Assembly: GCA_963717145.1 (NCBI GenBank)
Contig: OY970325.1
Span: 4,640,001 to 4,704,000, forward strand
Direction of reading: 5' to 3'
Source: an uncultured Armatimonadetes bacterium
GTDB lineage: Bacteria > Armatimonadota > UBA5829 > DTJY01
Length of the DNA: 64,000 nt
Below, piece by piece: positions 27,280-36,894 of this stretch. The position numbers were made by a program, and so were the translations under genes. Position 1 is the first letter of the stretch. Every line of letters begins with the position of its first letter. Under the pieces are notes generated by a model that worked only from the letters and a program-made list of their open reading frames with translations, was not told where the DNA came from and did no database searches.

Positions 27280-28398
27280 CTACTTCGGTGGTGCCGGCGC
27301 TGACGGCGCCTTCCATAGCCGGGATACTAAGCTCTCTGCTGTATCGAGCAGAGATCGCCGTTCCGGTGGGTAGGAGACTCGCCACACGTACACCATGCCG
27401 TTGCTGAATCCGGCGGCGAGCATCTTCCCGTCCGGTGAGAATGCAACGGACACCGATGCGCCGGTTTCAAGCGCCAGTTCACTCACGTTGCCTGACTCGA
27501 GGCTCCAGACCGAAACCGATGACTCGTAGCCTTCAATGTTTGGTATATCCCTTGTCACGCCGTAAGCCAGCAGCATACCCTTCGGCGACGGATCCACTGA
27601 TATCAAGCGGACAAGGGATGATACCCACAGTGTATGATCCCTATTGCTTGCACTGGTACTGCGTACCTCGAGTCTGCGGTTGGAGTGACCGAATGTCCAG
27701 ACCACCAGGGACTTACCATCAGGTCCCCACCCCAGTAACTGTCCCCTGCGATGATCGGAATCAGGGACGATGGTCCGCATCAAGCGCCAGTACCGAGTAT
27801 CCCAGAGGCGGATGGCACGATTGTAATCCTGTGTTGCCAGCGTCGCGCCATCCGCAGAGAAGGTCGCCATATACACCGGATATCCCCGGCGCGGTTGATC
27901 ATGCTTGAGAATCTTGACGGTTCTGCTCCGCCTTACGTCCCATATCAGTGCGTCTCCATCATAGCAGGCGACAGCAAGATACCGACCATCTGGGGAGAAG
28001 TCCAGAGACATCGCGCTGGCCGTAGTGGGAACAGACGTGCGAACTCCACTCCGAACACCCCGCAATTCCAGCTGATGGCCTTCACAGGCTAGGTAGTCTG
28101 CGCCAGGAGAAAACTCGGCGCGGAACAGCTTCGCAGGCGGACCCTGGGCAACCTCCTGTATCTCGCCACAGTCGGGACGAAGTAGTCGCACCCGGGCGAC
28201 TTTATCTGCCACAGCCAAAGTACGTCCATCCTTCGAGAACCCGAGACACAAGATGTCTGTCTGGACAAAGCCTTTCCAGACCAGATCGGCATATGTCACG
28301 GGGACTTGGGTGATCTTCCTGTAGAGATCAACACCAGTGACACCGCCCATCACGAGAAGCACGACGACAACCAGATAGAGACGAATTCTGCGCCTCAT
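27280..28398 (-). CDS. Membrane-anchored WD40 beta-propeller protein
   Basis: N-terminal TM helix; repeated FSPDG..LA....D..IWD motifs. Confidence 0.85.
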   Translation of the reverse strand: MRRRIRLYLVVVVLLVMGGVTGVDLYRKITQVPVTYADLVWKGFVQTDILCLGFSKDGRTLAVADKVARVRLLRPDCGEIQEVAQGPPAKLFRAEFSPGADYLACEGHQLELRGVRSGVRTSVPTTASAMSLDFSPDGRYLAVACYDGDALIWDVRRSRTVKILKHDQPRRGYPVYMATFSADGATLATQDYNRAIRLWDTRYWRLMRTIVPDSDHRRGQLLGWGPDGKSLVVWTFGHSNRRLEVRSTSASNRDHTLWVSSLVRLISVDPSPKGMLLAYGVTRDIPNIEGYESSVSVWSLESGNVSELALETGASVSVAFSPDGKMLAAGFSNGMVYVWRVSYPPERRSLLDTAESLVSRLWKAPSAPAPPK

Positions 28399-28452
28399 GC
28401 TTGTTTCCTTTCCGGATTAGTCGCCCGGTCATCTATCCCGACGCTGCTCTGC

Positions 28453-31092
28453 CTAGTAGCCATCCTGAAGCCTATGATCCCACAGATAGTACTCCCCGCC
28501 CCAGATAACGGTCTTGGCGCCAAGCTTGAGGTCACACCACTGAGGGTAATTCAGTGCTGCGCCGAGTGGCAGACTCAGGCGCGCCCTCTCCACCGCCTCA
28601 TACACGGTCAGGCCTTTCCTGCACAAGCCTTCCCAGAAGAGCTGGTTGAAGGAGACGAAATCGTTGGTAGTCCAAAGTCCGTCGCGGAACCCCACAACAG
28701 AGTCGGCGCCTTCGTCCCAGAAGGCCGCAGCCACGGAATCAGCCGGGTTGGGGCAATCGTATAGCGTGCCGCCGATCCAAGGTCCCCATCCGTTCACCCT
28801 GACTTTTCCTCCCGCAGTGCCGCAGCCAGCCAGGTATGCTAGGTGAACATAATCCACCCCAGGCGTATACCAGACACTATACGCATCACCCGGTTCCTCG
28901 TATTCCTTAGTCAGCCCGCCGGATGAAAACTCCACATAATCGGGTGAAGAGTGGCCGAAGAAGGCCCAGACAGCGCTCGGCGCAGGCTTATAAGAATACT
29001 CCGGGTGCTGTGGGAGGTTACGCAACTCGGCGGAGTTCAGCCGATCAAGCGTATGCACCATGTCGTCAGCAGGCTTCTGCGAACATAAGCCGCTCCCTCC
29101 GATCGAAGGATAGCCTAGCTGCCACCGTCCGTGATAGCCTGGTTCCATTTGTTGGTCGTTTGGGTCGTATATGCTTGCCAACATGTTGTAAGCATACTGA
29201 CCGTTGGGCGTGTCATCAATCTCCTCATCTGCGCATACATAGACTGTGGCTGAACGCTGGTCCCAGGCATAGCTCAGATCAACCGCCCATCTGTTGCCGG
29301 TCCTCCTGTACAAGTCGCCATGGGCATCTTTGACGTGCAGCACGAATCGGTATATGCCTCCGTACGGGATGTCACTTGGCGAGAGCTTTAGCAGTAGGCC
29401 ATGGCGACCGGGCTCGAGGCCGTCTTTCACCTCATTGGTAACCGTTGAGTGTTCGGTGCATCGCAGGTCCGAGATGTTCCAGGATCTGGCCAGCGCAAGG
29501 TCCGGGCCATACAGGAGCAAATTTCCCCAGCTGGGAATGATCATATCCGTACTGCTCATCACGTAGCGGCGAAGAAGGAATACGTATTCGTCGTCGAAGG
29601 TCCACGGCGTACCGTTGTTGTCGGTTCCGACGTATTCGACCCTGAAGATCGGCTCGTCATAGTCATCCAGGCCACGCCTGATGTTGACATGCTCGCTCCG
29701 ATACCTGGCGTGGTCTTCGATCCGCGATTCGGGGTCGCGGTTGGTGGCGCAGGAGTCATCACGATTGATGTCAGTCTGCGAAGCCTCCACGCTATACGTG
29801 TACAGCCCCCGTGGGGCAGCAAACGTCTCACTGTTCAGGGGCAAGGTATAGCTCGATCCCCCTAGACCCTGTGGCAGATCGATTGGGGGGACGACCGGAT
29901 AAGCGTCCGGTGTACTGTGGCTGTTGTCCATGGATGTCGGGTAGAACCTGAAGGTTAGGGTCATCGGATCGGTTAGATCGTTGTCTTCCATGTTCACTGT
30001 TAGGGTTTTCGGCTCTCCGTCATCCTTCCACACCACAACTCCCTCCGGGTCCGCCGAGGTGAACGAGAGGTTCCTGACCTCGACGCTCTGTGTCACTGTC
30101 ACCGGGATCATCTGAGAGCCTACATCGAAGTTCGCGGATGCCCTGAGAGAGATCGGGCCGTTCTTGAGGGGTGTGGTGTCCCAGTCATAGAGCAATCTGT
30201 AGATTTCCGTATCTATCCCATTTTCCGACGATGACGTGCCCGCTTCGTGCATCGTGATGAACGAGTGCCATCCTGTCGGTTCAGTGGGATCCTCCGCCTG
30301 GATCAGAAGGCCGGACTCTCCCCCGTGGAGTGTTGCGCACCCGGTGGTGGTCCTGACCTGGATCCTGATCGGAGTCATGCCACCGATCGTCCCGGTCGGG
30401 CCGAGGAACGTCATTTCGCAGATGGGATCCTGCACCACCACCTGCACAGACTTGCCCACCTCCGTGCCGCATAGCTTTGCTGTAACCTCATAGACGCCGG
30501 GCGCGCTGAACACCGCACTGTACTTGAGACCGTTCAACGGCCATACCGTTCCATTCTCTCCGCCGGTCCAGGTCAAGAACTGCGCCCCGCGTCCACCCGT
30601 GGTGGTCGCCTCAAAATCGATGTACGCCGGGCTTGGACAGACCACTACTGGGTCCGACGGCCCGGTGACATTGATCAGTTCAATGGGCGTGATCTTGACC
30701 GTCTGCGTGCCGGGGAAATCGTTTTCCGCGGGAGGGCAGTGTGCCTGGTCATCTGCCGAGAAGCTGAACGTTCTCTCACCTGACCAATCGCAGGTGATGA
30801 TGCTCTCCATACGATACGAGCCGTTCGGTTGCCTGGTGGGCGCCGGCAATTCAGGTGGCCAGGTGAACGTCAAGTCGTCCCAACAGCAACCGCAGTCGCC
30901 CTGTTGGTCGCAGTCACTTGCTGTGGCGATGATCCTCACGGTGCTTCCCTTGCATACTTCAAGGCCCTCAGAGCAAGTCCCCGTTCCTTCAACGTCGACA
31001 TTCAGGGCGACCCAGCCCGCCTGGGCGGAGAGATTCGCGGCGAGCAGGAGGGCTATCAGGGCTACCCAATAGATACTAGATCGCAGTCTCAT
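28453..31092 (-). CDS. Large secreted protein with Ig-like domains and a C-terminal caspase/gingipain-fold (CHAT/DUF6345-like) domain
   Basis: ATG 31092 overlaps the upstream stop; signal peptide; WAFFGHS...AYLAGCGT...GADSVVGF...FWEGL..GLTVYEA. Confidence 0.6.
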   Translation of the reverse strand: MRLRSSIYWVALIALLLAANLSAQAGWVALNVDVEGTGTCSEGLEVCKGSTVRIIATASDCDQQGDCGCCWDDLTFTWPPELPAPTRQPNGSYRMESIITCDWSGERTFSFSADDQAHCPPAENDFPGTQTVKITPIELINVTGPSDPVVVCPSPAYIDFEATTTGGRGAQFLTWTGGENGTVWPLNGLKYSAVFSAPGVYEVTAKLCGTEVGKSVQVVVQDPICEMTFLGPTGTIGGMTPIRIQVRTTTGCATLHGGESGLLIQAEDPTEPTGWHSFITMHEAGTSSSENGIDTEIYRLLYDWDTTPLKNGPISLRASANFDVGSQMIPVTVTQSVEVRNLSFTSADPEGVVVWKDDGEPKTLTVNMEDNDLTDPMTLTFRFYPTSMDNSHSTPDAYPVVPPIDLPQGLGGSSYTLPLNSETFAAPRGLYTYSVEASQTDINRDDSCATNRDPESRIEDHARYRSEHVNIRRGLDDYDEPIFRVEYVGTDNNGTPWTFDDEYVFLLRRYVMSSTDMIIPSWGNLLLYGPDLALARSWNISDLRCTEHSTVTNEVKDGLEPGRHGLLLKLSPSDIPYGGIYRFVLHVKDAHGDLYRRTGNRWAVDLSYAWDQRSATVYVCADEEIDDTPNGQYAYNMLASIYDPNDQQMEPGYHGRWQLGYPSIGGSGLCSQKPADDMVHTLDRLNSAELRNLPQHPEYSYKPAPSAVWAFFGHSSPDYVEFSSGGLTKEYEEPGDAYSVWYTPGVDYVHLAYLAGCGTAGGKVRVNGWGPWIGGTLYDCPNPADSVAAAFWDEGADSVVGFRDGLWTTNDFVSFNQLFWEGLCRKGLTVYEAVERARLSLPLGAALNYPQWCDLKLGAKTVIWGGEYYLWDHRLQDGY

Positions 31093-32228
31093 TGGACTCC
31101 TCCTTCCTGCATCCATGCCATCGGCGCGGTCGATGTCTGATCCTTGAACGATGATGACTTTACGTCTGAGAGCTTTGCGGTATCGGCGCTGGTGGAGTTC
31201 GGGCCAAGGTAGTGGTAGCTGTAGAGTACGACTCCCTCCGCGCCCACGGCTCGGCAGTCGGCGATATGCTTCGATGCGAGCGCTCCGGGTATCCGCCACG
31301 CGCCGATCCCGACGTAGATGTGTCTGTCGTGCGATGCGTCCAGCGACTTGACGGCCGCAGCGGGCATCGAGTCGGTTTGGAGGTAGACCATCGGCACGAG
31401 GAAATCGACCAGGCCGTCACGCGTCCACCCATCCCAGTCCTGCATGAACTGCATGGCGGCGAGTTTCGGATCGGAAAGCATGACGGACGCAGAGAGCTTG
31501 ACCATCCGCTTTCCCTCCGAGAGGGCGGTATGGATCCTTGCCACCAGACCTGTCACCTGCTGAGTCCGCCACTTGCGCCAGTCGGGGTCGTTCGGATTGG
31601 GACTCCCCGACTTGCCGGTTTCTGTGTTGAACCGTGCGACGCTCAGGGCATTGTAGCCGCTCCCGACATCCGGGTAGCGGACGTTATCGAGGTGGATGCC
31701 GTCTACGCTGTAGTTGGCGACTACCTCGCTGACGACGGACACCATGCGGTCCTGCACGGCGGTAACTCCGGGGTCGAGGTAGACCTTGCCGTGGTCGAGG
31801 GCGGTCCTGCCCTGCTGGTCGGCCATCAGCCAGTCGGGGTGGGTCAGATGGACTGAGTTCGCGGCGGGCTTGAACCACTTGGAGTCGAGCGCGACCTCAT
31901 AAAGTGAGAGCCAGGCGTGTACCTCGATGCCCTGAGCATGAGCCTGGGTGATAACGTCTGCGAGCGGATCGTAGTCCGCGGAGATATCGGATGCCTTCGG
32001 CTCGATGGCCGAGTTGTAGTACGCATCCCCTCTCTTGCGAACCTGCACGATCAGCGCGTTCACGTTGGCCGCCTTTGCGGCGGTCACCATCTGGGTCACC
32101 TCCTGGTGGGTCTTGAACCCCGGATGGAACGCATCGACGTACAAGCCTCGGAATTCGGCCGCCCGCGCCGGGAGCAGACCCGCCAGGGCTGCAATGACCG
32201 CGAGCGCGAGAAGAAACCTGAACCGCAT
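31089..32228 (-). CDS. Secreted GHL10 family glycoside hydrolase-like protein
   Basis: EFRGLYVDAF, QVRKRGDAYY, VDGIHLDNVRYP and QDWDGW motifs. Confidence 0.85.
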   Translation of the reverse strand: MRFRFLLALAVIAALAGLLPARAAEFRGLYVDAFHPGFKTHQEVTQMVTAAKAANVNALIVQVRKRGDAYYNSAIEPKASDISADYDPLADVITQAHAQGIEVHAWLSLYEVALDSKWFKPAANSVHLTHPDWLMADQQGRTALDHGKVYLDPGVTAVQDRMVSVVSEVVANYSVDGIHLDNVRYPDVGSGYNALSVARFNTETGKSGSPNPNDPDWRKWRTQQVTGLVARIHTALSEGKRMVKLSASVMLSDPKLAAMQFMQDWDGWTRDGLVDFLVPMVYLQTDSMPAAAVKSLDASHDRHIYVGIGAWRIPGALASKHIADCRAVGAEGVVLYSYHYLGPNSTSADTAKLSDVKSSSFKDQTSTAPMAWMQEGGVQ

Positions 32229-32361
32229 ACCTCATACCTCCTTCGCGTAGTTTGCGGGAGCGCTGATAATCCCAGCTTCGACGTGTAACCTTAAACTCCT
32301 GCTCAGTATAGACGGAAATGAACAGGCGCAGGTTACGGGTGTCTGCGCTATTCTTTCTCCC

Positions 32362-32982
32362 CTACCTGCGAAACATCCCCACGGTGAGCTGCCCGGGGTG
32401 GACGCTCGTGACGTGGCCGTCCGCGAATAGCACGTCCGTCTGGTCGAGGTGAGTCGGGTTCATCGCATCCCCGGTGGGCGGCTCGTCGGAGTCGCGGTCG
32501 TACACCGTGACCGCCGGGTCCTCATCCTCATCGCAATCGGGGACGACGAACGAGGAGTCGTTCACCAGCGCATCGAGCAGGATCACAGTGCCGGATGGGT
32601 CGTCCACCGACGCTTCGGGGAGGCTCATCAGCCACGCGTTCATCTCATAGCTGAGGAGCTTCTTCGGGGCGTCGGGATCGGACATGCAGGAGTAGACGGC
32701 CTTGTTCCTCAGGTAGGAGTACAGGCCGCCGGTGGAGACATCGAACGGCGGCACCGGCGGGCTCGCGTTCGTCGCCCAGTTCGAGGCGGGGTAGAGCCCG
32801 TTGTAGTCCTCGTAGTAGAGGGTCATCGCCATCCCGAGCTGGCGCAGGTTGCTCAGGCACGAGACCTGGCGTCCCTTCGCCCTCGCGGTGGCGAATACGG
32901 GGAAGAGCATCGCGGCCAGGATCGATATGATCGCGATGACGACGAGAAGCTCGATGAGAGTGAAACCCCTGCGGTACTTCAT
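32362..32982 (-). CDS. Prepilin-type N-terminal cleavage/methylation protein with H-X9-DG motif (DUF1559-like)
   Basis: GFTLIELLVVIAII..LFPVF..AR..CLSNLRQLG; HLDQTDVLFADGHV. Confidence 0.9.
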   Translation of the reverse strand: MKYRRGFTLIELLVVIAIISILAAMLFPVFATARAKGRQVSCLSNLRQLGMAMTLYYEDYNGLYPASNWATNASPPVPPFDVSTGGLYSYLRNKAVYSCMSDPDAPKKLLSYEMNAWLMSLPEASVDDPSGTVILLDALVNDSSFVVPDCDEDEDPAVTVYDRDSDEPPTGDAMNPTHLDQTDVLFADGHVTSVHPGQLTVGMFRR

Positions 32983-33264
32983 GGCGAACCTCCCCCGGGG
33001 GCACATTCATGTCCCCTAAGCATAGATCTTTCCAACGGGAGGTTTTTGCCGGGCGTGTTTCACTTATTAGACTAGTTGACTTGCGGCCATTGTTCCAGAG
33101 GCGGGGAAACACGAATCGCACGAATGGACGAATAATGGGGAAGGATCAGGTGATCCACGGTCGGAAGAGATGATCATCAGGCGGTAGGTCATGCTGTGGC
33201 GGGACCGGTCACGAATGGGGATTCGAATGTGGGCGGAATGGGGGCTAGAGGAATATCGGTGCAT

Positions 33265-33334
33265 GTAGGGGCGAAGCATTGGCTACCGCAAGCCAGCACT
33301 TGTCGGATATCGGAAGCCAATGCTTCGCCCCTAC
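33265..33334. repeat. GTAG-type REPIN (GTAGGGGCGAAGCATTGGC family), copy 1
   Basis: 20-bp perfect arms at 33265-33284 and 33315-33334; the right arm supplies the TAG stop of the 33331 gene. Confidence 0.85.
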
Positions 33335-34569
33335 TTCTTCGGTGGGAAGAGCTTGCCGGCCACGATGTCGCCCACGTCCTTGTCATTGATGTTCCTTGGA
33401 GGCGCGCCGCTGTCGTCCTTGCCGTTGATGTTCCTTGGAGGCGCCCCGCCGTTGTCCTTGCCGTCGGGGCCGACGCTGTAGAGCAGGTAGCCGTTCCCCG
33501 CTCGCTTGTACTTCAGTGGCTTGCCGGTGAACTCGTCCGTGGTGTCGATGCCGTAGGACTTCAGACCGGCGAGGCTGTCGGGATACGCGCCGCGCTCCAA
33601 CTCGTATGACCTGAGCGCGATCATCAGCTTGAGGATCTGCTCTTTGGTTGAGGTCAGACTCGTTCTCGTGATGAGGTCGAAAGAGGGAGTCGCGAAGGCA
33701 GACCCTATGGTCTGCGGCTCGGGCGGCGGCTTCCTGAGATAGAATGGCTTGGACAGTTCGTCCCCCAGCGCCTGCATGTATGATTCGTAGTCCTCGCGTG
33801 ACGACCGTCCCCGCCCGAACAGACGGTCGATGAGCGGAGGAAACGGCTCGCCCATGGGCTTGCCGCTGTCATCCTTGATGGTGCCTTCCTGCAGTTCCTT
33901 GATGAAGGCCAATCCCATGGCCTTATCCCACTCCAGAGTCTGATGGAGCAGCGGCTCTCGGGCATCCGCCTTGCCGAGTTCCTTGAGCACATATCGGCAC
34001 TCGGAGGAGTCGAGCTTCGGGTAGATCGACTCCAGCCCTCTGAACCCGGTTTCAGAGACGGCGCGTCCGACCAGCATATGAATCACCGAGCCGCCGCTCG
34101 GCATCAGCGCGCCGAACCGCCGGGCGTCGAGGAAGCTCTCGACCGCGCCGGAGAGATCGCCGCCGGATGCCTTCAGTCGCCCCTCCATGAGCAACAGCTT
34201 GCCGATATCCCGGTAGCCTTTCAGATACCGGAACTCCTCATCCCAGCGCTTCACCTGCGGGGTCATGTAGTCCTTGGGTAGTGCCTCGCGCACCAGATCG
34301 AGCGACGGACGGTTGAGCTTCACCAGTGCGGCTGCCTGTCGAGGTTGTTTGGCGACATCCAATCGGTCGAGCTTGTCGGTGTCCTTCAGGAGTGACGCCG
34401 CCCGCACGCAGTCATCGAAGCCGTTGTCCGCCGGCAGCGGGGGTGGGGGAGGGATGACGATCGGGGGCAGCGGACGGCTCAGATACGCGCCGCCGATTAT
34501 CACCACCGCGATCACCAGCACTATCAGCGCCCCGACTATGATCCCGCAAGTGACAAAGGTCTTCTGCAT
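33331..34569 (-). CDS. Membrane-anchored hypothetical protein with a GspG-like C-terminal motif
   Basis: Start MQKTF, one TM helix; GAYPDSL...DEFTGKPLKY...LLYSVGPDGKDNGG. Confidence 0.7.
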   Translation of the reverse strand: MQKTFVTCGIIVGALIVLVIAVVIIGGAYLSRPLPPIVIPPPPPLPADNGFDDCVRAASLLKDTDKLDRLDVAKQPRQAAALVKLNRPSLDLVREALPKDYMTPQVKRWDEEFRYLKGYRDIGKLLLMEGRLKASGGDLSGAVESFLDARRFGALMPSGGSVIHMLVGRAVSETGFRGLESIYPKLDSSECRYVLKELGKADAREPLLHQTLEWDKAMGLAFIKELQEGTIKDDSGKPMGEPFPPLIDRLFGRGRSSREDYESYMQALGDELSKPFYLRKPPPEPQTIGSAFATPSFDLITRTSLTSTKEQILKLMIALRSYELERGAYPDSLAGLKSYGIDTTDEFTGKPLKYKRAGNGYLLYSVGPDGKDNGGAPPRNINGKDDSGAPPRNINDKDVGDIVAGKLFPPKK

Positions 34570-34591
34570 TCTATCCTCCGGGAACAAACGC

Positions 34592-34999
34592 CTACTCGAG
34601 CCCGTCGATGCTCCGGGTGAGCCAGAGAGAACACTGCGCCACGAAGTCTCGGGTCTGAACGAGCCATGGCTGCACGTCGCCCGAATCGAATTCGATGAGG
34701 TCCCTATAGTCGCTTTCCTGCCGGCGGTCGAACATATCGTGGTAGAGCCTCCCCATCTCACGCGGGAGGACGCCCGTCTTGATGAAGTGTCGATCAAAGA
34801 GCGCGACCACGCCGCTGTGCTTCGCGGAGGAATGCCCCTGGGAGTAGAGCAGAGCGGAAACCGCATAGAAACAGGCGTAGTAGAGCCGGTTCACTGCGGC
34901 CATGGTGAACCCGCCGGATATGAGCAGTTCGGCTTCTCCAACCGCGCTGTTAGCCCTGAAAAGGCGATGCTTGATGTACTCGATCTCCATCGAGGTCAC
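34592..34999 (-). CDS. HEPN domain protein (putative toxin)
   Basis: NRLYYACF, KHSGV and RQESDY motifs; GTGA overlap with the MNT gene. Confidence 0.85.
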   Translation of the reverse strand: MTSMEIEYIKHRLFRANSAVGEAELLISGGFTMAAVNRLYYACFYAVSALLYSQGHSSAKHSGVVALFDRHFIKTGVLPREMGRLYHDMFDRRQESDYRDLIEFDSGDVQPWLVQTRDFVAQCSLWLTRSIDGLE

Positions 35000-35343
35000 A
35001 GGAGCACCCCATCCCGTTCGATGTTTCTGCGATACGGGCTCGCCGCGGTTACCGGGGCATCCCATTGTTCGCGGGTATAGAACATCAGCGACAGAACGAC
35101 TTCGCGCGCGATCTCCAGGTCGTAGACCGCATCGCGAATCCTGTCTTCCTGTGCACGGGAGAGAGGCTCGGGCAGGAGCACGAGGATATCATAGTCGGAT
35201 TCAGGACCGGCATCACCCCGGGCAGCGCTTCCATAGAGGAGAATTGCGGCGTCGGGGATGAGCGCGAGCACCTTCTGCTTCAGATCGAGCAGGAGTCGCT
35301 TGTCTACGGGTCGGATTGTGAGAGCCTCTTCCAGATGCTTCAT
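34996..35343 (-). CDS. Minimal nucleotidyltransferase (MNT antitoxin)
   Basis: LYGSAARGD...SDYDILV; C-terminal NIERDGVLL. Confidence 0.9.
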   Translation of the reverse strand: MKHLEEALTIRPVDKRLLLDLKQKVLALIPDAAILLYGSAARGDAGPESDYDILVLLPEPLSRAQEDRIRDAVYDLEIAREVVLSLMFYTREQWDAPVTAASPYRRNIERDGVLL

Positions 35344-35378
35344 CTCATGCATTCCTCCGGGCCATGGTGCAGTCACAT

Positions 35379-35406
35379 ATTATGCGGGTCCGGGCGGAAT
35401 TGTCAA
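35379..35406 (-). promoter_or_regulatory. Promoter of the MNT-HEPN pair
   Basis: TTGACA-N16-CATAAT on the minus strand. Confidence 0.55.
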
Positions 35407-35420
35407 GGAGCACTTCTCTG

Positions 35421-36356
35421 CTATCCTCCCGGCAGGAGCTTCTCCGCGCCCTCGGGCGACTTCCACTTGCTCTTGGGGTTGTAGTGCTTCCAGACCATCT
35501 CGGCGAGGGTGCGGATCGCGACCGAGCCCTCGTTGTTGTGCGACCAACTCTGATCCTGCTGCTCCTTCGTGTAGACAGCGAGGACGTACTGCCCGCCCGG
35601 ACTGTCGACCACCGCCACATCGGATTTCGACTGGTTGATCGCCCCGCTCTTCGCGGCCGTATGAATGTCCGGCGGCACGGTGTAGAGGATGCAGTCGTCC
35701 CAGTACTGATGAGTCAGTACCCGAAGCATCCGGTCGCACGATGCGGTGCTGCCCGCCTTCTTGTCGACGATCAGCTCGAACAGCTTGACCATCTCGTTGG
35801 GGCATGTCATCCCGAGCCCCCACTTCTGCTGGAGCGGTCTGAGCCCGAGTTCGTCGCACTTCTTGCCGTTGAGCAGCTTGGTGGTCTTGAACCCATGCGC
35901 GTCGAGCCAGTCGTTCACGTTCTTCTGGCCGAGGTGCTCGCGGAGAAGCATCGTCGCGGTGTTGTCGCTCACGGTGATCATCAGGTGGACCCACTGGCAG
36001 AGCGGGAGCTTCGTGCCCTCCTTGAAGTAGCAGGCGAACCCGCCCTCTTGGCGGTCGTCGTCCTTCGGCTGGACCTCGATCGGGTCGTTCCAGCCGACTT
36101 TGCCCTGCTCGATCTGGTGCATCGCCTCGCACATGATCGTGGTCTTGATCGTGCTGGCGGTCGGGAAGGTCTCGTCGCCCCGAAGTTCGATCCGCTCGTC
36201 CGGCTTGCCCCGGTAGTGGAGGCTGTATCCGAGCGTGCCGTGGAATCCCTCGGCCACCTTGTCCATTCTCGCCTTCAGCTCGGCGAGCGTCTCGGCGGAT
36301 GCGGATACCGCGCAGATCAGAATGCCGATCAGGAACATGATGCATTGTCGTCGCAT
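35421..36356 (-). CDS. Class A beta-lactamase-like serine hydrolase (secreted)
   Basis: SxxK (ASTIK), SDN and KSG motifs; signal peptide. Confidence 0.85.
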   Translation of the reverse strand: MRRQCIMFLIGILICAVSASAETLAELKARMDKVAEGFHGTLGYSLHYRGKPDERIELRGDETFPTASTIKTTIMCEAMHQIEQGKVGWNDPIEVQPKDDDRQEGGFACYFKEGTKLPLCQWVHLMITVSDNTATMLLREHLGQKNVNDWLDAHGFKTTKLLNGKKCDELGLRPLQQKWGLGMTCPNEMVKLFELIVDKKAGSTASCDRMLRVLTHQYWDDCILYTVPPDIHTAAKSGAINQSKSDVAVVDSPGGQYVLAVYTKEQQDQSWSHNNEGSVAIRTLAEMVWKHYNPKSKWKSPEGAEKLLPGG

Positions 36357-36411
36357 GGAGTGCTCCTTGTCAGTCGAGAATCCAGAACATCGAACCCGTG
36401 GGGAACGTGCA

Positions 36412-36894
36412 TCAGCGAATCGGGATACCGTAGACCAGCAGCTTGTCCCTGTTGGTCGGGCCACCGCTCACCGAGCGATATTCCAGGGAGTACTCAATAA
36501 CACTTCCCTTGCTATTCTGCCATTGAGCAATCCAGCGCTGGACATCCTCCTCGGGCTTCGTCGTTCCGTCAACGAAGAACACCCAACCTCTAACATGCGA
36601 AGACGGCAGGCCAGGGTTCAGGACATCGTCCCTCAGAGGCTTATAGCCAAGAGCATCTAAGCGATCAGAGATCTCCTTCAGTGCAGCATCTGCCGGATAC
36701 GGCTGATTCACTTCATACCGAATCTGTCTCGAGCCGCCGACAACGCTGTAGTGTACGTCCTTGGCGCCCTTCACAACTATCAACGCCTTCGGATCCTGCT
36801 TCGCACATCCGCCGAGGATCATAGCCGCTGCCAGCACAGCCCACGAGAATCGACTCTTACGCGATAGCATAATCATTGCCTCCTCCGAATTCAC
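36412..36894 (-). CDS. Hypothetical lipoprotein
   Basis: Lipobox ILGGC; start overlaps the upstream stop. Confidence 0.6.
   Translation of the reverse strand: MNSEEAMIMLSRKSRFSWAVLAAAMILGGCAKQDPKALIVVKGAKDVHYSVVGGSRQIRYEVNQPYPADAALKEISDRLDALGYKPLRDDVLNPGLPSSHVRGWVFFVDGTTKPEEDVQRWIAQWQNSKGSVIEYSLEYRSVSGGPTNRDKLLVYGIPIR

Noticed and set aside
35421-36356. Bona fide antibiotic-resistance beta-lactamase
   Set aside because: SxxK/SDN/KSG are present, but the class A omega-loop ExxLN motif is not evident; called only a serine hydrolase.
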